DNA from: Candidatus Kaiserbacteria bacterium RIFCSPHIGHO2_01_FULL_53_29
GTDB lineage: Bacteria > Patescibacteriota > Minisyncoccia > Phycocordibacterales > UBA2100
Assembly: GCA_001781125.1 (NCBI GenBank)
Contig: MFKT01000029.1
Location: forward strand, 68,040-132,039
Direction: 5' to 3'
Length of the DNA: 64,000 bases
Below the pieces are notes generated by a model that had not been told where the DNA came from, ran no database searches, and worked only from the letters and a program-made list of their open reading frames with translations. Every line of letters begins with the position of its first letter. The stretch's first letter is position 1. Below are positions 10,024 to 19,817 of the stretch, one piece after another. The position numbers and the translations under genes are program-made.

Positions 10024-11391
10024 TTATGCGTGAATGAGTGTGCGGATGTGCTCGAGCTCGGCCTCGAGCGATGTGCTGGATTTGATCTCCTCTTTTATCT
10101 TTTCACATGAGTGGATCACCGTCGTGTGGTCGCGGCCGCCAAGCTTCTCGCCGATCGACGGGTAGGACACACTGAATTCCTCCCGCAACATGTACATGAT
10201 TATCTGCCGGGGCTTCACGACCTCCTTCTTGCGGGTCTTCTCGTAAATGCTTTTCTCGGGAATATCGTAGTACTGCGCGATGCGGCGCACGACCTCGTCG
10301 ACCGAAACACCGCGGTTGGGCTTCACGTTGTGTTTAATGAGGGCACGCACGTCTGCGTGTGAGACCGCCTTACCCTTGAGCTGCGACTTGCACACGATCA
10401 TGTTCAACACCCCCTCGAGTTCACGGATATTTCCGCGGAGATTCTCCGCGATGTACTGGATGATATCTTCGGGTATGGCAAAGCCATGCTGCTCTATTTT
10501 TGAGCGAATGATCGCAACACGCGATTCCTGATCCGGCTCGGGAATTTCCGCGATCATCCCGGCGCCGAAACGACCCTTGAGACGCTCCTCCAAACCCGGC
10601 AGGAGTGCGGGATGCTTGTCGCTCGAGAATACGATCTGTTTGTTGTTGTCGCGCATTGCGTTGAAGAGGTGGAACAATTCCTCCTGAGTTTTTTCCGTGT
10701 TCGCGATGAATTGCACGTCGTCCATGATAAGGACGTCATATTGGCGGTACTGGTCCTTAAAATTATTCGCGTGGCCTGCCCGCACGGCATTGATGTAATC
10801 CACCGAAAAACGCTCCGAGGTCACATAAAGCACTTTCTTGTTCGCGTGGCCTTTCTTAAAATAATTTCCGACCGCCTGGATCAGGTGTGTCTTGCCGTGG
10901 CCTGTCTGACCGTAAATAAAAAGCGGATTGTATGCAAGCCCCGGACGCTCAAGAATGGCTTTTGCCGCAGCGTGCGCGAGTTCGTTGAATGGCCCAACGA
11001 CGAAGGTCTCAAACGTGTAGCGTGGGTTCAGATTATCGCGCTTGTCGATATACAGAGCCTGCAGATCAAGTGCGGCGTTCTCATTCACCTGTGGCCGCGG
11101 GAGCTTGCGCTCGCTTGGAGCGGCCGCCGAGCGGTGAACGGCATATTCGACGGTGCGCACCGAGCTGTCGAGGCCGCGGAGAGCCTTCATAATGAGCTTA
11201 TGATGTTTTTCCATGAGCCATTCTTTGACGATCTTCGAAGGAACTGCCACATGGACAGTGCCCGCTTCGCGGCTTGCGATATCGGTATTCCGGAACCACG
11301 TGCGGAAGGATGCCTCAGAGGTCCCAAGCTCGATCTGGACGAGCGCATTTTGCCATAGTTCGCGATTGCTCATAGAAGTGAGGGTTGTCAT
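10024..11391 (-). CDS. dnaA: Chromosomal replication initiator DnaA
   Basis: AAA+ Walker A (GQTGHGKTHL), the sensor region, and the C-terminal DnaA-box-binding HTH (VSYPSIGEKLGGRDHTTVIHSCEKI). Start possibly at Met 11373. Confidence 0.9.
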   Translation of the reverse strand: MTTLTSMSNRELWQNALVQIELGTSEASFRTWFRNTDIASREAGTVHVAVPSKIVKEWLMEKHHKLIMKALRGLDSSVRTVEYAVHRSAAAPSERKLPRPQVNENAALDLQALYIDKRDNLNPRYTFETFVVGPFNELAHAAAKAILERPGLAYNPLFIYGQTGHGKTHLIQAVGNYFKKGHANKKVLYVTSERFSVDYINAVRAGHANNFKDQYRQYDVLIMDDVQFIANTEKTQEELFHLFNAMRDNNKQIVFSSDKHPALLPGLEERLKGRFGAGMIAEIPEPDQESRVAIIRSKIEQHGFAIPEDIIQYIAENLRGNIRELEGVLNMIVCKSQLKGKAVSHADVRALIKHNVKPNRGVSVDEVVRRIAQYYDIPEKSIYEKTRKKEVVKPRQIIMYMLREEFSVSYPSIGEKLGGRDHTTVIHSCEKIKEEIKSSTSLEAELEHIRTLIHA

Positions 11392-11577
11392 GCGCAGAAG
11401 TCGGTCCCATTATACGCGCCGCATCTCCCAAGGGAAGTGCGTGCGTTTTGGGAATCCGAGTGTATAAGGTGGGGATACACTGGGGACAGTAATTAGCCAC
11501 CAGCCGCTCGGGGTTAGAAAAAACAAAACCACATTTTCTAATGGCTAAACCCCAGTGGCTATGCTACCATTCCCCGC

Positions 11578-11712
11578 ATGAAACGAACGTGGCAGCCAAA
11601 AAAACGCAAGCGCGCAAAGACGCATGGCTTTCTGGCGCGCTCGGGGAGTGCCTCTGGTCGCAATGTACTGCGCCGCCGCCGCCGCAAAGGGCGCGCGAAG
11701 CTCTCGGTCTGA
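11578..11712 (+). CDS. rpmH: 50S ribosomal protein L34
   Basis: Hand-translated: [44 protein letters not shown]. Absent from the ORF track because it is under 60 aa. Classic rpmH-rnpA pairing. Confidence 0.85.
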   Translation: MKRTWQPKKRKRAKTHGFLARSGSASGRNVLRRRRRKGRAKLSV

Positions 11713-11715
11713 CAA

Positions 11716-12066
11716 ATGCCAAAAAAATACCGTCTGTCGCGGTCTGACTTTCTCGGCCTTGATCGTAAAAGGTCACGGCGTGTGCATGGGACCTGTTTTT
11801 CCCTTACCATAGCACCGCTTCCGGAAGGAGAGAGGGCAAAAGCGGCCGTGGTTGTTCCTAAAAAAATGGCGGCGCGGGCAGTCGATCGCAACCGGATAGA
11901 GCGCCGCGTGCGCGAGGCTTTGCGGCCCCTTCTTGCCCGTCTCCAGAGCCCCACTGTACTCGTTTTTCATGCCAAGCGTGAGGCAGCAGAGGCATCCTTT
12001 GCAGATACGAAGAAAGACATCAAAACACTTTTGGGGCGAGCGGGTTTGGGGGATACAACCCTGTAG
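11716..12066 (+). CDS. rnpA: Ribonuclease P protein component
   Basis: 116 aa, basic protein, located immediately after rpmH. Confidence 0.85.
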   Translation: MPKKYRLSRSDFLGLDRKRSRRVHGTCFSLTIAPLPEGERAKAAVVVPKKMAARAVDRNRIERRVREALRPLLARLQSPTVLVFHAKREAAEASFADTKKDIKTLLGRAGLGDTTL

Positions 12067-12170
12067 TGAAATTTCGGCTCGCCCCGTAGTAGAGCGAAGC
12101 TTCACTACAGGGCTCGCGGCGCAGGCGCAAAATTCAGTAGCCGAAATTCTACTACAGGGTACAATGCCCA
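12060..12170. repeat. Nested inverted repeats between rnpA and yidC (ccctgtagtgaaatttcggctc / gagccgaaattctactacaggg)
   Basis: Two overlapping palindromic units share the motifs ctgtagtgaa and tcggctcg/cgaagc. Likely hairpin or processing signal. Confidence 0.6.
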
Positions 12171-12174
12171 CACT

Positions 12175-12921
12175 GTGATTTCCACACTTTTTCACGCGAC
12201 GGTGTACGACCCGCTCTACAACGGCCTTGTCTTTTTCGTCGGCGTCATCCCAACCCACGACGTGGGGCTTGCGGTCATCGCGCTCACGATAGTCGTACGC
12301 ATCATCATCTATCCCCTTTCACAGCGCGTTATAGAGTCGCAACTTGCGATGAAAAAGGTCGCGCCGGCAGTGGAGGAGATCAAGAAAAAATACAAGAAGA
12401 ATTCTCCCGAGCAGAGTCAGGCAATATTTGCTCTCTATCGGGAGCGTGGTGTACATCCCTTTGCGAGCCTCGGACTCCTCCTCGTTCAATTTCCCGTTCT
12501 GATCGGTCTCTACTGGGTGTTTTTAAACGGCGGATTACCGAACATCGACACCTCCCTGCTCTACTCATTTGTTCCGGTGCCCGAATCGGTCAACATGGAA
12601 TTCCTTGGATATGTAGACATGGCGGCCAGCCACAATCTCGTTCTTGCGGCCTTGATAGCGCTCTCCCAGCTCGCTTACTCGCGCTTGTCGATGGGACCGC
12701 GTGAGAAGGCGCTTGAAAGCACACCGGTCGAAGCGTCTCTTTCGGGTGATATGGCAAAGAGCTTCGATCTGCAGGCGCGCTATGTATTCCCCGCGATGTT
12801 CGGTATCATCTCGTACTTCGTCGCTTCCGCGGCACCCCTCTACTGGCTTACGAGCAATGTATTCATGATCGGGCAGGAGCTCGCGTCGGGTAAACGGTTC
12901 GGACGGAGTAGTCCGCATTAA
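12175..12921 (+). CDS. yidC: Membrane protein insertase YidC (short form), GTG start
   Basis: Multi-TM protein, 248 aa. Conserved position after rnpA. Confidence 0.8.
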   Translation: MISTLFHATVYDPLYNGLVFFVGVIPTHDVGLAVIALTIVVRIIIYPLSQRVIESQLAMKKVAPAVEEIKKKYKKNSPEQSQAIFALYRERGVHPFASLGLLLVQFPVLIGLYWVFLNGGLPNIDTSLLYSFVPVPESVNMEFLGYVDMAASHNLVLAALIALSQLAYSRLSMGPREKALESTPVEASLSGDMAKSFDLQARYVFPAMFGIISYFVASAAPLYWLTSNVFMIGQELASGKRFGRSSPH

Positions 12922-12969
12922 GGCGGTCAGTTATTTTGAAAATCCGGGCACGAGGAGTATAGTTCCCCG

Positions 12970-13443
12970 ATGCCGGATGTTGAAGCAATTCTCAAGGAAC
13001 TCCTTGCTGCTCTCGGCGTCCCCTATGTGAGCGTCGAGCATAGCTCGATCGCCGGACAGGAGATCTTCTCGATCCGCACCGAGGCGGAGGCCCGCGTCCT
13101 TATCGGCATACATGGCGACACTGTGCACGCGCTCGACACCTTGGTAAAAAAGATCTACGAGAAACGCCTGCCTGCTCCCGCGGAAGGAGAGATAGCGGAG
13201 CGCTCCCCGATGTTCCTGATCGACGTCAACGACTATCGCGCGAAGCAGATCAAGGATCTGCAGGCGAAGGCCCTCATGATGGCCGAGCGTGCGCGCTCGT
13301 TCCAGTACGACGTCGAGCTCTCCCCCATGAGCTCATACGAACGTCTCATTATTCACACGACGCTCCAGGACGCGCCGAACGTGAAAACAGAGTCACAGGG
13401 AGAAGGAAGAAATAGACGAGTCGTGATTAAATATTCAGTGTAA
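12970..13443 (+). CDS. jag: Jag/KhpB-like RNA-binding protein (Jag_N, KH and R3H domains)
   Basis: 157 aa. Follows yidC as in the canonical rpmH-rnpA-yidC-jag cluster. Confidence 0.8.
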   Translation: MPDVEAILKELLAALGVPYVSVEHSSIAGQEIFSIRTEAEARVLIGIHGDTVHALDTLVKKIYEKRLPAPAEGEIAERSPMFLIDVNDYRAKQIKDLQAKALMMAERARSFQYDVELSPMSSYERLIIHTTLQDAPNVKTESQGEGRNRRVVIKYSV

Positions 13444-13631
13444 CGCAAGGAATCGCGGGGTGAGACGGGGGCGGGGCCCCGTCGCAAGGCCGGAGGCGCT
13501 CGGCGCCGAGGCGGGGTCGCGCAATTTTTCAGCAGAAAAATATGCGTGACAGTGACGCAACCGTAGAGTGGTGATCAAATACGCAACAGAGTAGGGCGTG
13601 TCCTCCTGAGGTCCTCGCACTCACCTGACCG

Positions 13632-14033
13632 TCAGTCTACCTTCGCCGGCGTGATGTTTTGGAGGGCTTTCAAGGTCAAAATATCCGGATTGATCTGGTA
13701 GAGAATAAGATAAATTGCAAGAAGCAAGAGGAGCCCGAACGTCACTTCGCCGAGGATGCCTTTGGCCGCGCTCTTTGTGCTCCACATATCGGCTGCTCCC
13801 ATGTAGAGGTACCCTGCATAGGCTATCCGCAAGACGGCGCCGATCGCACCGATCACAAGCGCGAATTTGAAAAGGCTGTTGACGAAATTCGAGAGATCGC
13901 CCTGCGTAGCGTAGAGCTGCCCCAATTTTGATGACCCCGGTGTTTGCGCAAGCGGTACAAAGGTTCCCACTTGGTAGAGTACAAAACGTCCGCGAGATCT
14001 CAGATACTGTAGGAATTTCTTCATGGGAATCAT
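13632..14033 (-). CDS. Small two-TM pilin-like protein (VirB2/TrbC-like candidate), last gene of the T4SS-like operon
   Basis: Start taken at MIPMKKFLQ, giving an ATGA overlap with the upstream gene's stop. Two long hydrophobic segments separated by a short loop (LFKFALVIGAIGAVLRIAYAGYLYM ... VTFGLLLLLAIYLILY). Confidence 0.45.
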   Translation of the reverse strand: MIPMKKFLQYLRSRGRFVLYQVGTFVPLAQTPGSSKLGQLYATQGDLSNFVNSLFKFALVIGAIGAVLRIAYAGYLYMGAADMWSTKSAAKGILGEVTFGLLLLLAIYLILYQINPDILTLKALQNITPAKVD

Positions 14034-15277
14034 TTGTTGAGCCGCAGGAGCCAGAGAGATCGATCGGTCGCATTTATGAATGCGACATAGTCTCCTCCGC
14101 TGTCCACGATCGGATCGGTAACATCGACCGACGTACCGGCCGGCGAGTACACAAGTTCGGCAGAGCCGGCGAGAGCCTCCACGCGCCAGAAGGCGTCGGA
14201 CGAGTGTATGGCTCCACGGTACCAGTCGTCGAGGAAATTTCTGATCGTTGGTGTCTGCGGCACGCCGCAATATGCGATTAATTCCTTGCCACTTTGCCAT
14301 ACGCACTTGTCTGCAACCGTTTTTATCGGGAGGAGCACCGCTTGTGTGTTCGGAGTCGCCTGTGCGTAGAGAGCCATGGCGCTACCCGCCGATTCTCCCC
14401 AAAGGAGCGCACCCGACGCGTTTTGCCCCGCCGGGGCGGAGCGGGGCAAGATCGTAAGACCGGACGTTGCCCGCAGAAGCGGATCCAGCGTGCCGTCAGC
14501 CTTGAGCTCATACGCGTATCCGGGCACGCCACCTGAAGCGGCCTGTGCAAGAATGATACGGCCGTCCTCAAGCCACAGCAAACGCCAATGCGTGATCGAG
14601 GATGTGAAGATTGTTTTTTGTTTTGATCCATTCCACTGCGAACGGACTCCGGTGACCCCTGTGCCTTCGTGTACGAGATAGAACAATTCATCGGACTTTG
14701 GATTTGTCACGATCTGTGTGATGTTTTTTGCCAGATACAGCCCGGGGAGTGATCGCGTGGATGTCGCGGTATCGGAGACGGGCGTACTGGTGGAAATAGT
14801 TGCAATGAACGTCGTAATGTTGCCCACCTCATCAAGCGAGCGCTCGATCACACGTCCGCTTTCTGTGAGCTGTGCCTCGTAGATCTTCGGGAGGAGCGTA
14901 TTGGAGAGTCGCAGTGTATTCCCCGTTTCCGGATCGGCCTCGAACACATAGCCGGTCGCACGCTCGACGTAGCGCAAGCGCACATCCTTTCCAGTCCCTA
15001 TAAATGCAAGACCGGCAACGGGTTTGCTTTGGACATGCCACAGCTGCGGCGGACGTGCCGTTTGCGTGGGTGAACCTTGCGTGTCCCGCGCGCCACTTCC
15101 AAAAACGGTATTCCCCGCGTTCCCCATGGGTGCCGTTGCCCCGTACCCGCGCGCTGCAGCTCCCGCACGGCTTGTCTGTGATTGCCCGCGCAGGAAAAAA
15201 TACCACCCTGAAAGCCCCCCGAGGATAAGGACCACTACGCCCGCGAGGATATACTCAATGACAGTCTTGGTTTTCAT
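14030..15277 (-). CDS. N-terminally anchored periplasmic protein of unknown function (T4SS-locus associated)
   Basis: 415 aa with a single N-terminal TM (VIEYILAGVVVLILGGLSGWYFFL). Translationally coupled to its neighbours. Confidence 0.5.
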   Translation of the reverse strand: MKTKTVIEYILAGVVVLILGGLSGWYFFLRGQSQTSRAGAAARGYGATAPMGNAGNTVFGSGARDTQGSPTQTARPPQLWHVQSKPVAGLAFIGTGKDVRLRYVERATGYVFEADPETGNTLRLSNTLLPKIYEAQLTESGRVIERSLDEVGNITTFIATISTSTPVSDTATSTRSLPGLYLAKNITQIVTNPKSDELFYLVHEGTGVTGVRSQWNGSKQKTIFTSSITHWRLLWLEDGRIILAQAASGGVPGYAYELKADGTLDPLLRATSGLTILPRSAPAGQNASGALLWGESAGSAMALYAQATPNTQAVLLPIKTVADKCVWQSGKELIAYCGVPQTPTIRNFLDDWYRGAIHSSDAFWRVEALAGSAELVYSPAGTSVDVTDPIVDSGGDYVAFINATDRSLWLLRLNK

Positions 15278-15280
15278 GGT

Positions 15281-16327
15281 TTATTGGTCCACAGAATGGA
15301 ATTGATCTTGTACGCCAGAACTTTCGGAGAAATTGATGTTCCAGGAACTTTTTGCATCCATGTAGTAATTCGTTGCATGAGTGAGTTCAAGTCCGAGAAG
15401 AGCGATTCCCGTTGAGTTCTTTGCGTTGATGGTTATCTCACTCGGACGCGCGGCATTTTGCGCCACTCTGGTGTTATTGACCCGCCAGTCAAAAATGAGC
15501 TGGGCATCATTCGCACTTTGCACCTGCGCAAAATAAGGTATCGCCGCGAACGTCATTTCAGATTCTGGGATGAAGGTCGAAGCGGAAAGTGCATCGTTGT
15601 ACAGGATGCCGAAGAGCGGATGATCTTTATAGAGTAAGAGAATGGGCTCGGTCGATGAGAGGGAAAGCGATCTCGCGCTCGAGAGCGCTGTGTCCCTCGT
15701 GCGGACTTCGAGTGTTATGATGTCAGTACCGAAGAGATGTGGTGAAGGAATTGTTATGCTCGATCTTCCTCTTCCCGAAACGCCCGCGATGACCTCACCG
15801 TTCCTCCGCCAGGTGTAGATGAGGTCAGCGTCGGCCGCAAAGAAACCCGTCGGGAGCTTGAAGCGGGGAATGGCCTGCAGATGAAGATCCACTCCCGCTG
15901 AAACGCGCGCCCCGCCCCGGTAGAAGGGCGGAACAAAAGAATCAGAATCGACCAGCAGATCGAGCCCGGTCGGTATGATCGTAACTTGCGCAGACGCGAC
16001 CGTGCCGACCGGCATGATCGCATCAACCACGATCTTCGTCTCGGTCCCCAGATCTCCTGCGACGACTGTCGCCGTATCGACGCCATCTCCTTGCGCGATC
16101 ACTTTTCCGTTCGCATGCCACGTCAGCGTGATCTCGGAGAGGTCTAAGCTCAAGCTCCGTGCGCTCAAACGCACCGTGTCTCCCGCATCAGGGTGTGCGG
16201 GCGAAAGAGAGATCGAGAGATCCGCACCTTGCTCCGGAGAGGTGAATTGTGCATAGCCGGGCATTGCAAGAAAGAGTGCGGACAGTGCAAGAAATCCAGC
16301 AAGAGCCCCAGCAAAGCGCGCGCTCAT
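15281..16327 (-). CDS. Secreted protein of unknown function (T4SS-locus associated)
   Basis: 348 aa. Signal peptide MSARFAGALAGFLALSALFLAMPGYAQ. 4-bp overlap with the virB4 stop. Confidence 0.5.
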   Translation of the reverse strand: MSARFAGALAGFLALSALFLAMPGYAQFTSPEQGADLSISLSPAHPDAGDTVRLSARSLSLDLSEITLTWHANGKVIAQGDGVDTATVVAGDLGTETKIVVDAIMPVGTVASAQVTIIPTGLDLLVDSDSFVPPFYRGGARVSAGVDLHLQAIPRFKLPTGFFAADADLIYTWRRNGEVIAGVSGRGRSSITIPSPHLFGTDIITLEVRTRDTALSSARSLSLSSTEPILLLYKDHPLFGILYNDALSASTFIPESEMTFAAIPYFAQVQSANDAQLIFDWRVNNTRVAQNAARPSEITINAKNSTGIALLGLELTHATNYYMDAKSSWNINFSESSGVQDQFHSVDQ

Positions 16328-18264
16328 ACCGAAGCGAGGCGGGGTGCACTCGTGGTCGCAGTATCAGCTCCCGGGGCAGCGTGAGCAGGCGCTTGCGAGG
16401 GCAAGGTGGGTTCGTTCGCACTCGCGAGATCCATTTTAGCTTTTTTGATCGCGAGAATTTGTGAGGGGTCCGAGGTGATGATCTGATCTTCAGTATACGA
16501 TGCGATCACTTTGATGGCGACGTGTTTCAGCCCCGCGAAGAATATCCCCTCCCCCACATCCGATTCCAAGAGTAGATATTTTTCTTCGTCTGAAAGTTTG
16601 AATGTCTGTTGGACAAGATCGACCGATGTCGGCGATTGGCGCAAGAGAAGTTGGATCGAGGAGTTGGTGATCATGGGGATGCCGTAGGGCGAATTGAGGA
16701 AGTCGGAGACGTCCTGTGTGATCGTGGAAATGCCGAGATAGTATTTGCGTCCACGCTTCGCGATGGAAAAAAGAAAGGATGCCGTGTCTTCACTGCGCAT
16801 CATCCACCACGCTTCATCAATGACGAGGAGGCGCTTGCGCAACTCTTTGCGCACCGTGTTCCAGATATGGTGCGTGATGATGTACATGGCGACGGGCTTG
16901 AGGTCGTCTTCCATATCGCGCACAGAAAATACGATGAGTTTTTTATTCATGTCCACGTTGGTCGGGCGGTTCATGAATCCTGACCACGTACCCTTGGTGT
17001 ATTTCGAAAGTCGATTTACCAGCGACTCGCTCCCCTCCATGCCCGAGAGCACGAGCTCGAAGTCCGAGAGAAGCGGCGGCTCGACAAGCGCGAAGTTCGC
17101 TTCGGCGGTGATGTCTTTGAGCGCGTATGTTTCGGTAATGGCGCGATCTATGACCGCGTCTTCTTCGGGAGTGAGGCCGCCCAACATGATGCGGAAGAGC
17201 CCGACCAATGTAATGATGTTGTTGCGCAAGATGTCTCCGGGGTTCTCATCTTCGCGCGGCACGGGGAGATCGAAAGGGTTGATATGGTGCTCGCTCGAGA
17301 GTGAAATGTTGAAGTAGCGCCCGCCCACCGTCTCGGCCAAATATTCATATTCGCGCTCGGGGTCGATGACGATGACCTCTGTATCAAACATTAAACTTCG
17401 CAATATTTCAAGTTTCGTGGTATAACTTTTACCGGCGCCGCTCTTTGCGAATGTGACCGAATTATAGTTCTCTAAAGAAAAACGATCGAAAAGAATGAGC
17501 GATGAGTTGTGTCTATTGATACCGTAGAGAATACCCCGGTCCGAGGTGAGGTCGAATGAAATGAACGGGAAGATCGAGGAGAGCGGGGCGGAATTAAGCT
17601 TCGTGTGGACGTTGATCTCATCGGTCGCAAGCGGCAAGACAGAGCGGAAGCCCTGCTCCTGCTGGAAGAGCGCGGGGCGGATGTACACGAGACGCGATTC
17701 GAGGATCGAGCGGACCTCTGTCTCGACTCTGTCGATCTCCTCGCGGGTGTTGCCGTAGATCGTGAGATAGAGACCGACCTCAAAAATGCGCTCCTGTGCC
17801 TGCTGGAGAGAATCTCGCAGCTGTTCCAGATCCGAATACGCGGTATCGAGCATCGGGTCGCGCACCATGCCCTTCTGTTCGCGCGTCGAGATCTGGCTCT
17901 GCACTTCGGCGACTTTTTTCTGGAATTTTCGCAGCATCTCATTGGTGTCCATCGGATGGATGAAAATAGAAATGTCGATGACCTTGTCCATGTTGATGAT
18001 GGGGGCGAACCAGCCTGTGGTGAGGAAGCGGGGGTAGGAGATGACGAAGAATGTGCGGGCGATGCGCTCGCCCAAGTCGAGCTCGCGCGAAGAGATCCGG
18101 AGCGCGTGTGGCGCGATCACGTCCTGCAGATCCAACACCCCCGATTTGTAGATGTCCTCGGGAAGGACAGGCAAAACATTGGGCCCCTCCACTCGTTTCT
18201 TCTTGAACAGATCTAAGAGCGCCATAGACCTATTTTTGGAGTGGCATCGGCTTGCCTTCCTCAC
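16324..18264 (-). CDS. virB4: VirB4/TrbE-family type IV secretion ATPase
   Basis: Walker A FAKSGAGKSYTT, Walker B LLVIDEAWWMM, and the conserved C-terminal domain. Start may be Met 18225 (MALLDLFKKK). Confidence 0.85.
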   Translation of the reverse strand: MRKASRCHSKNRSMALLDLFKKKRVEGPNVLPVLPEDIYKSGVLDLQDVIAPHALRISSRELDLGERIARTFFVISYPRFLTTGWFAPIINMDKVIDISIFIHPMDTNEMLRKFQKKVAEVQSQISTREQKGMVRDPMLDTAYSDLEQLRDSLQQAQERIFEVGLYLTIYGNTREEIDRVETEVRSILESRLVYIRPALFQQEQGFRSVLPLATDEINVHTKLNSAPLSSIFPFISFDLTSDRGILYGINRHNSSLILFDRFSLENYNSVTFAKSGAGKSYTTKLEILRSLMFDTEVIVIDPEREYEYLAETVGGRYFNISLSSEHHINPFDLPVPREDENPGDILRNNIITLVGLFRIMLGGLTPEEDAVIDRAITETYALKDITAEANFALVEPPLLSDFELVLSGMEGSESLVNRLSKYTKGTWSGFMNRPTNVDMNKKLIVFSVRDMEDDLKPVAMYIITHHIWNTVRKELRKRLLVIDEAWWMMRSEDTASFLFSIAKRGRKYYLGISTITQDVSDFLNSPYGIPMITNSSIQLLLRQSPTSVDLVQQTFKLSDEEKYLLLESDVGEGIFFAGLKHVAIKVIASYTEDQIITSDPSQILAIKKAKMDLASANEPTLPSQAPAHAAPGADTATTSAPRLASV

Positions 18265-18895
18265 CGGGGTTGAACATCTTGTAGAGAAGTTCTATTGCTT
18301 CTTCGGTGCCGAGTTGTACCGTGCGCACGCCGGTGCGCACCAGCCCCTGCTGCACGATCGAGACACGCTGCTCGAGCTGTGTGACCTGTTCTTCGAACGA
18401 CCTGTTCGCCTCTTCGCTCCCTTTCTTCTTTTTCCCGAATGGCAAGAGTGCGAGCGGACCCCTCTGCGTGATGTCGATCGACGCAGAGTACGGCACTGCG
18501 ACGAAGAAATTTTTTGTCATGATATTGGCGGCTTCGGTGAAGCTCTTTACGAACTCGATATATTCGCGGATCTGGATGCGCATGAGGTCGTCGAGCTGCT
18601 CCTTGTACGCGGCCTCCAGTGTCGCCACATAGGGGCGGATGTCGAGCATGCGCGACTGCACGAAGATCTGCACGGAAAAATCCAGCGAGTTGAGAAAATT
18701 TTGGAATTGCACGATGAATGCGGTTTGTTCATCTTCGGATTTAAGCGCGAAGTTGATGCTCGAGGCGAGAAGTATGGCGCGCAAGCCGCCGTCTTTGAGT
18801 ACGATGACACCGTCGCGCACCTCGGAAACCGGCAGGAATTCCTGCGTTGAGCGGGCGGAGGCGCGCGGGCCTTTATCTTCTGTTTTTGTGGGCAT
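18230..18895 (-). CDS. Hypothetical T4SS-associated protein immediately upstream of virB4
   Basis: 221 aa, soluble. Co-oriented and tightly packed in the operon. Confidence 0.5.
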   Translation of the reverse strand: MPTKTEDKGPRASARSTQEFLPVSEVRDGVIVLKDGGLRAILLASSINFALKSEDEQTAFIVQFQNFLNSLDFSVQIFVQSRMLDIRPYVATLEAAYKEQLDDLMRIQIREYIEFVKSFTEAANIMTKNFFVAVPYSASIDITQRGPLALLPFGKKKKGSEEANRSFEEQVTQLEQRVSIVQQGLVRTGVRTVQLGTEEAIELLYKMFNPGEEGKPMPLQK

Positions 18896-18898
18896 AGG

Positions 18899-19408
18899 TT
18901 ACTGGCTGCGCGCGAGCGCTTGCTGCGCCGTGCGTATCGGTACGACGAGGTCTTGATCGGTGCGGATAATGTGGCGCTCCTCGTCGTTGGCGACCCCTCC
19001 CGCGATACGCTCCTTAATATCCAAACTCCACGAGAGTTCATGTAATCTGCTCTCGGAGAGCTTAGGCACGTAGATCTCGGCACTCCCCTGCGCCATCTTG
19101 CCCACCACCGGCATCGCAACACTTTTTTTGCGTGTGTTGTTCCAGAGATAGAGCTTGCTTCGCAGAAGGAAAAAGAACCCGTTCTCGAGGGCAAGAATAA
19201 ATGGCCGTCCATTGACCTGGAAAAAGGCAAGACCTGCGGCAAGGCCACCGGTGAGTACCACAAGAGGCGCCGCAAGATACATGGGCAATACGCGCCACAT
19301 GATGTAACAAGCGCCGAGGCCCCCGGCGACGTAGATGAATTGTTTAAAGGTCAAAGGGCCAAAAATCTTATCCTCGACCTCGATGAATTGTGGTACCTGG
19401 AATTGCAT
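18899..19408 (-). CDS. Small two-TM protein, VirB3/PrgI-like candidate
   Basis: 169 aa. Hydrophobic hairpin FIYVAGGLGACYIMWRVLPMYLAAPLVVLTGGLAAGLAFF, typical of VirB3-class subunits that precede VirB4. Confidence 0.5.
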   Translation of the reverse strand: MQFQVPQFIEVEDKIFGPLTFKQFIYVAGGLGACYIMWRVLPMYLAAPLVVLTGGLAAGLAFFQVNGRPFILALENGFFFLLRSKLYLWNNTRKKSVAMPVVGKMAQGSAEIYVPKLSESRLHELSWSLDIKERIAGGVANDEERHIIRTDQDLVVPIRTAQQALARSQ

Positions 19409-19414
19409 AGAGTT

Positions 19415-19445
19415 AGCTTGTAGCCGGTAGCTTGTAGCCGGTAGC
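19415..19445. repeat. Heptamer-array arm (AGCTTGT/AGCCGGT units), left arm flanking the IVS-protein gene
   Basis: agcttgtagccggtagcttgtagccggtagc. Reverse complement of the arm at 19818-19853. Confidence 0.8.
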
Positions 19446-19465
19446 TAAAAAAGCACCCGGCAAGC

Positions 19466-19816
19466 TTACCGAAGCGCTTTAATCATACCATGCAACATTT
19501 TACTCATTTCGGTTACTTGTGTACGCACGTTTTCGAACTCTTTTTCTGTGCAAAAGGCAAGCTCCTTGCTTATTAAGAGCTGCGTTTCAAGCTCAGCTAA
19601 GGAGCCGTGCGCCATTCGCAAGAAATGTCCAAAATCGGCATCGGTCCCACGCCGTCTCCCCTCTGCTATGTTTGATGGTACAGATACGGCTGCGCGACGG
19701 ATTTGTGATGTAAGGCCATACATCTCACGCGACGGGAACTTTTCGGTGAGCCGGTATATCAATGTACAAAGTGCAACCGCCTTTTTCCAGACCGCCAAAT
19801 CTTCGTGTGATTGCAT
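19466..19816 (-). CDS. Four-helix-bundle protein of the 23S rRNA intervening-sequence (IVS) family (PF05635-like)
   Basis: HEDLAVWKKAVALCTLIYRLTEKFPSREMYGLTSQIRRAAVSVPSNIAEGRRRGTDADFGHFLRMAHGSLAELETQL is the hallmark sequence of this family. ATG at 19816 preferred over the TTG at 19840, which lies inside the repeat arm. Confidence 0.8.
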   Translation of the reverse strand: MQSHEDLAVWKKAVALCTLIYRLTEKFPSREMYGLTSQIRRAAVSVPSNIAEGRRRGTDADFGHFLRMAHGSLAELETQLLISKELAFCTEKEFENVRTQVTEMSKMLHGMIKALR

Positions 19817-19817
19817 A

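Noticed and set aside
10612-11358. 248-aa plus-strand ORF inside dnaA
   Set aside because: Antisense to DnaA, which is unambiguous from its motifs.
11541-11747. 68-aa ORF-track entry [12 protein letters not shown]...
   Set aside because: Wrong frame. The true gene here is rpmH (11578-11712) in another frame, giving a textbook L34 sequence.
16609-18216. Plus-strand ORFs (16609..16983, 16745..17317, 17605..18216, 18152..18850) across the virB4 region
   Set aside because: Antisense shadow ORFs of the VirB4 ATPase gene and its upstream neighbour. No motifs.
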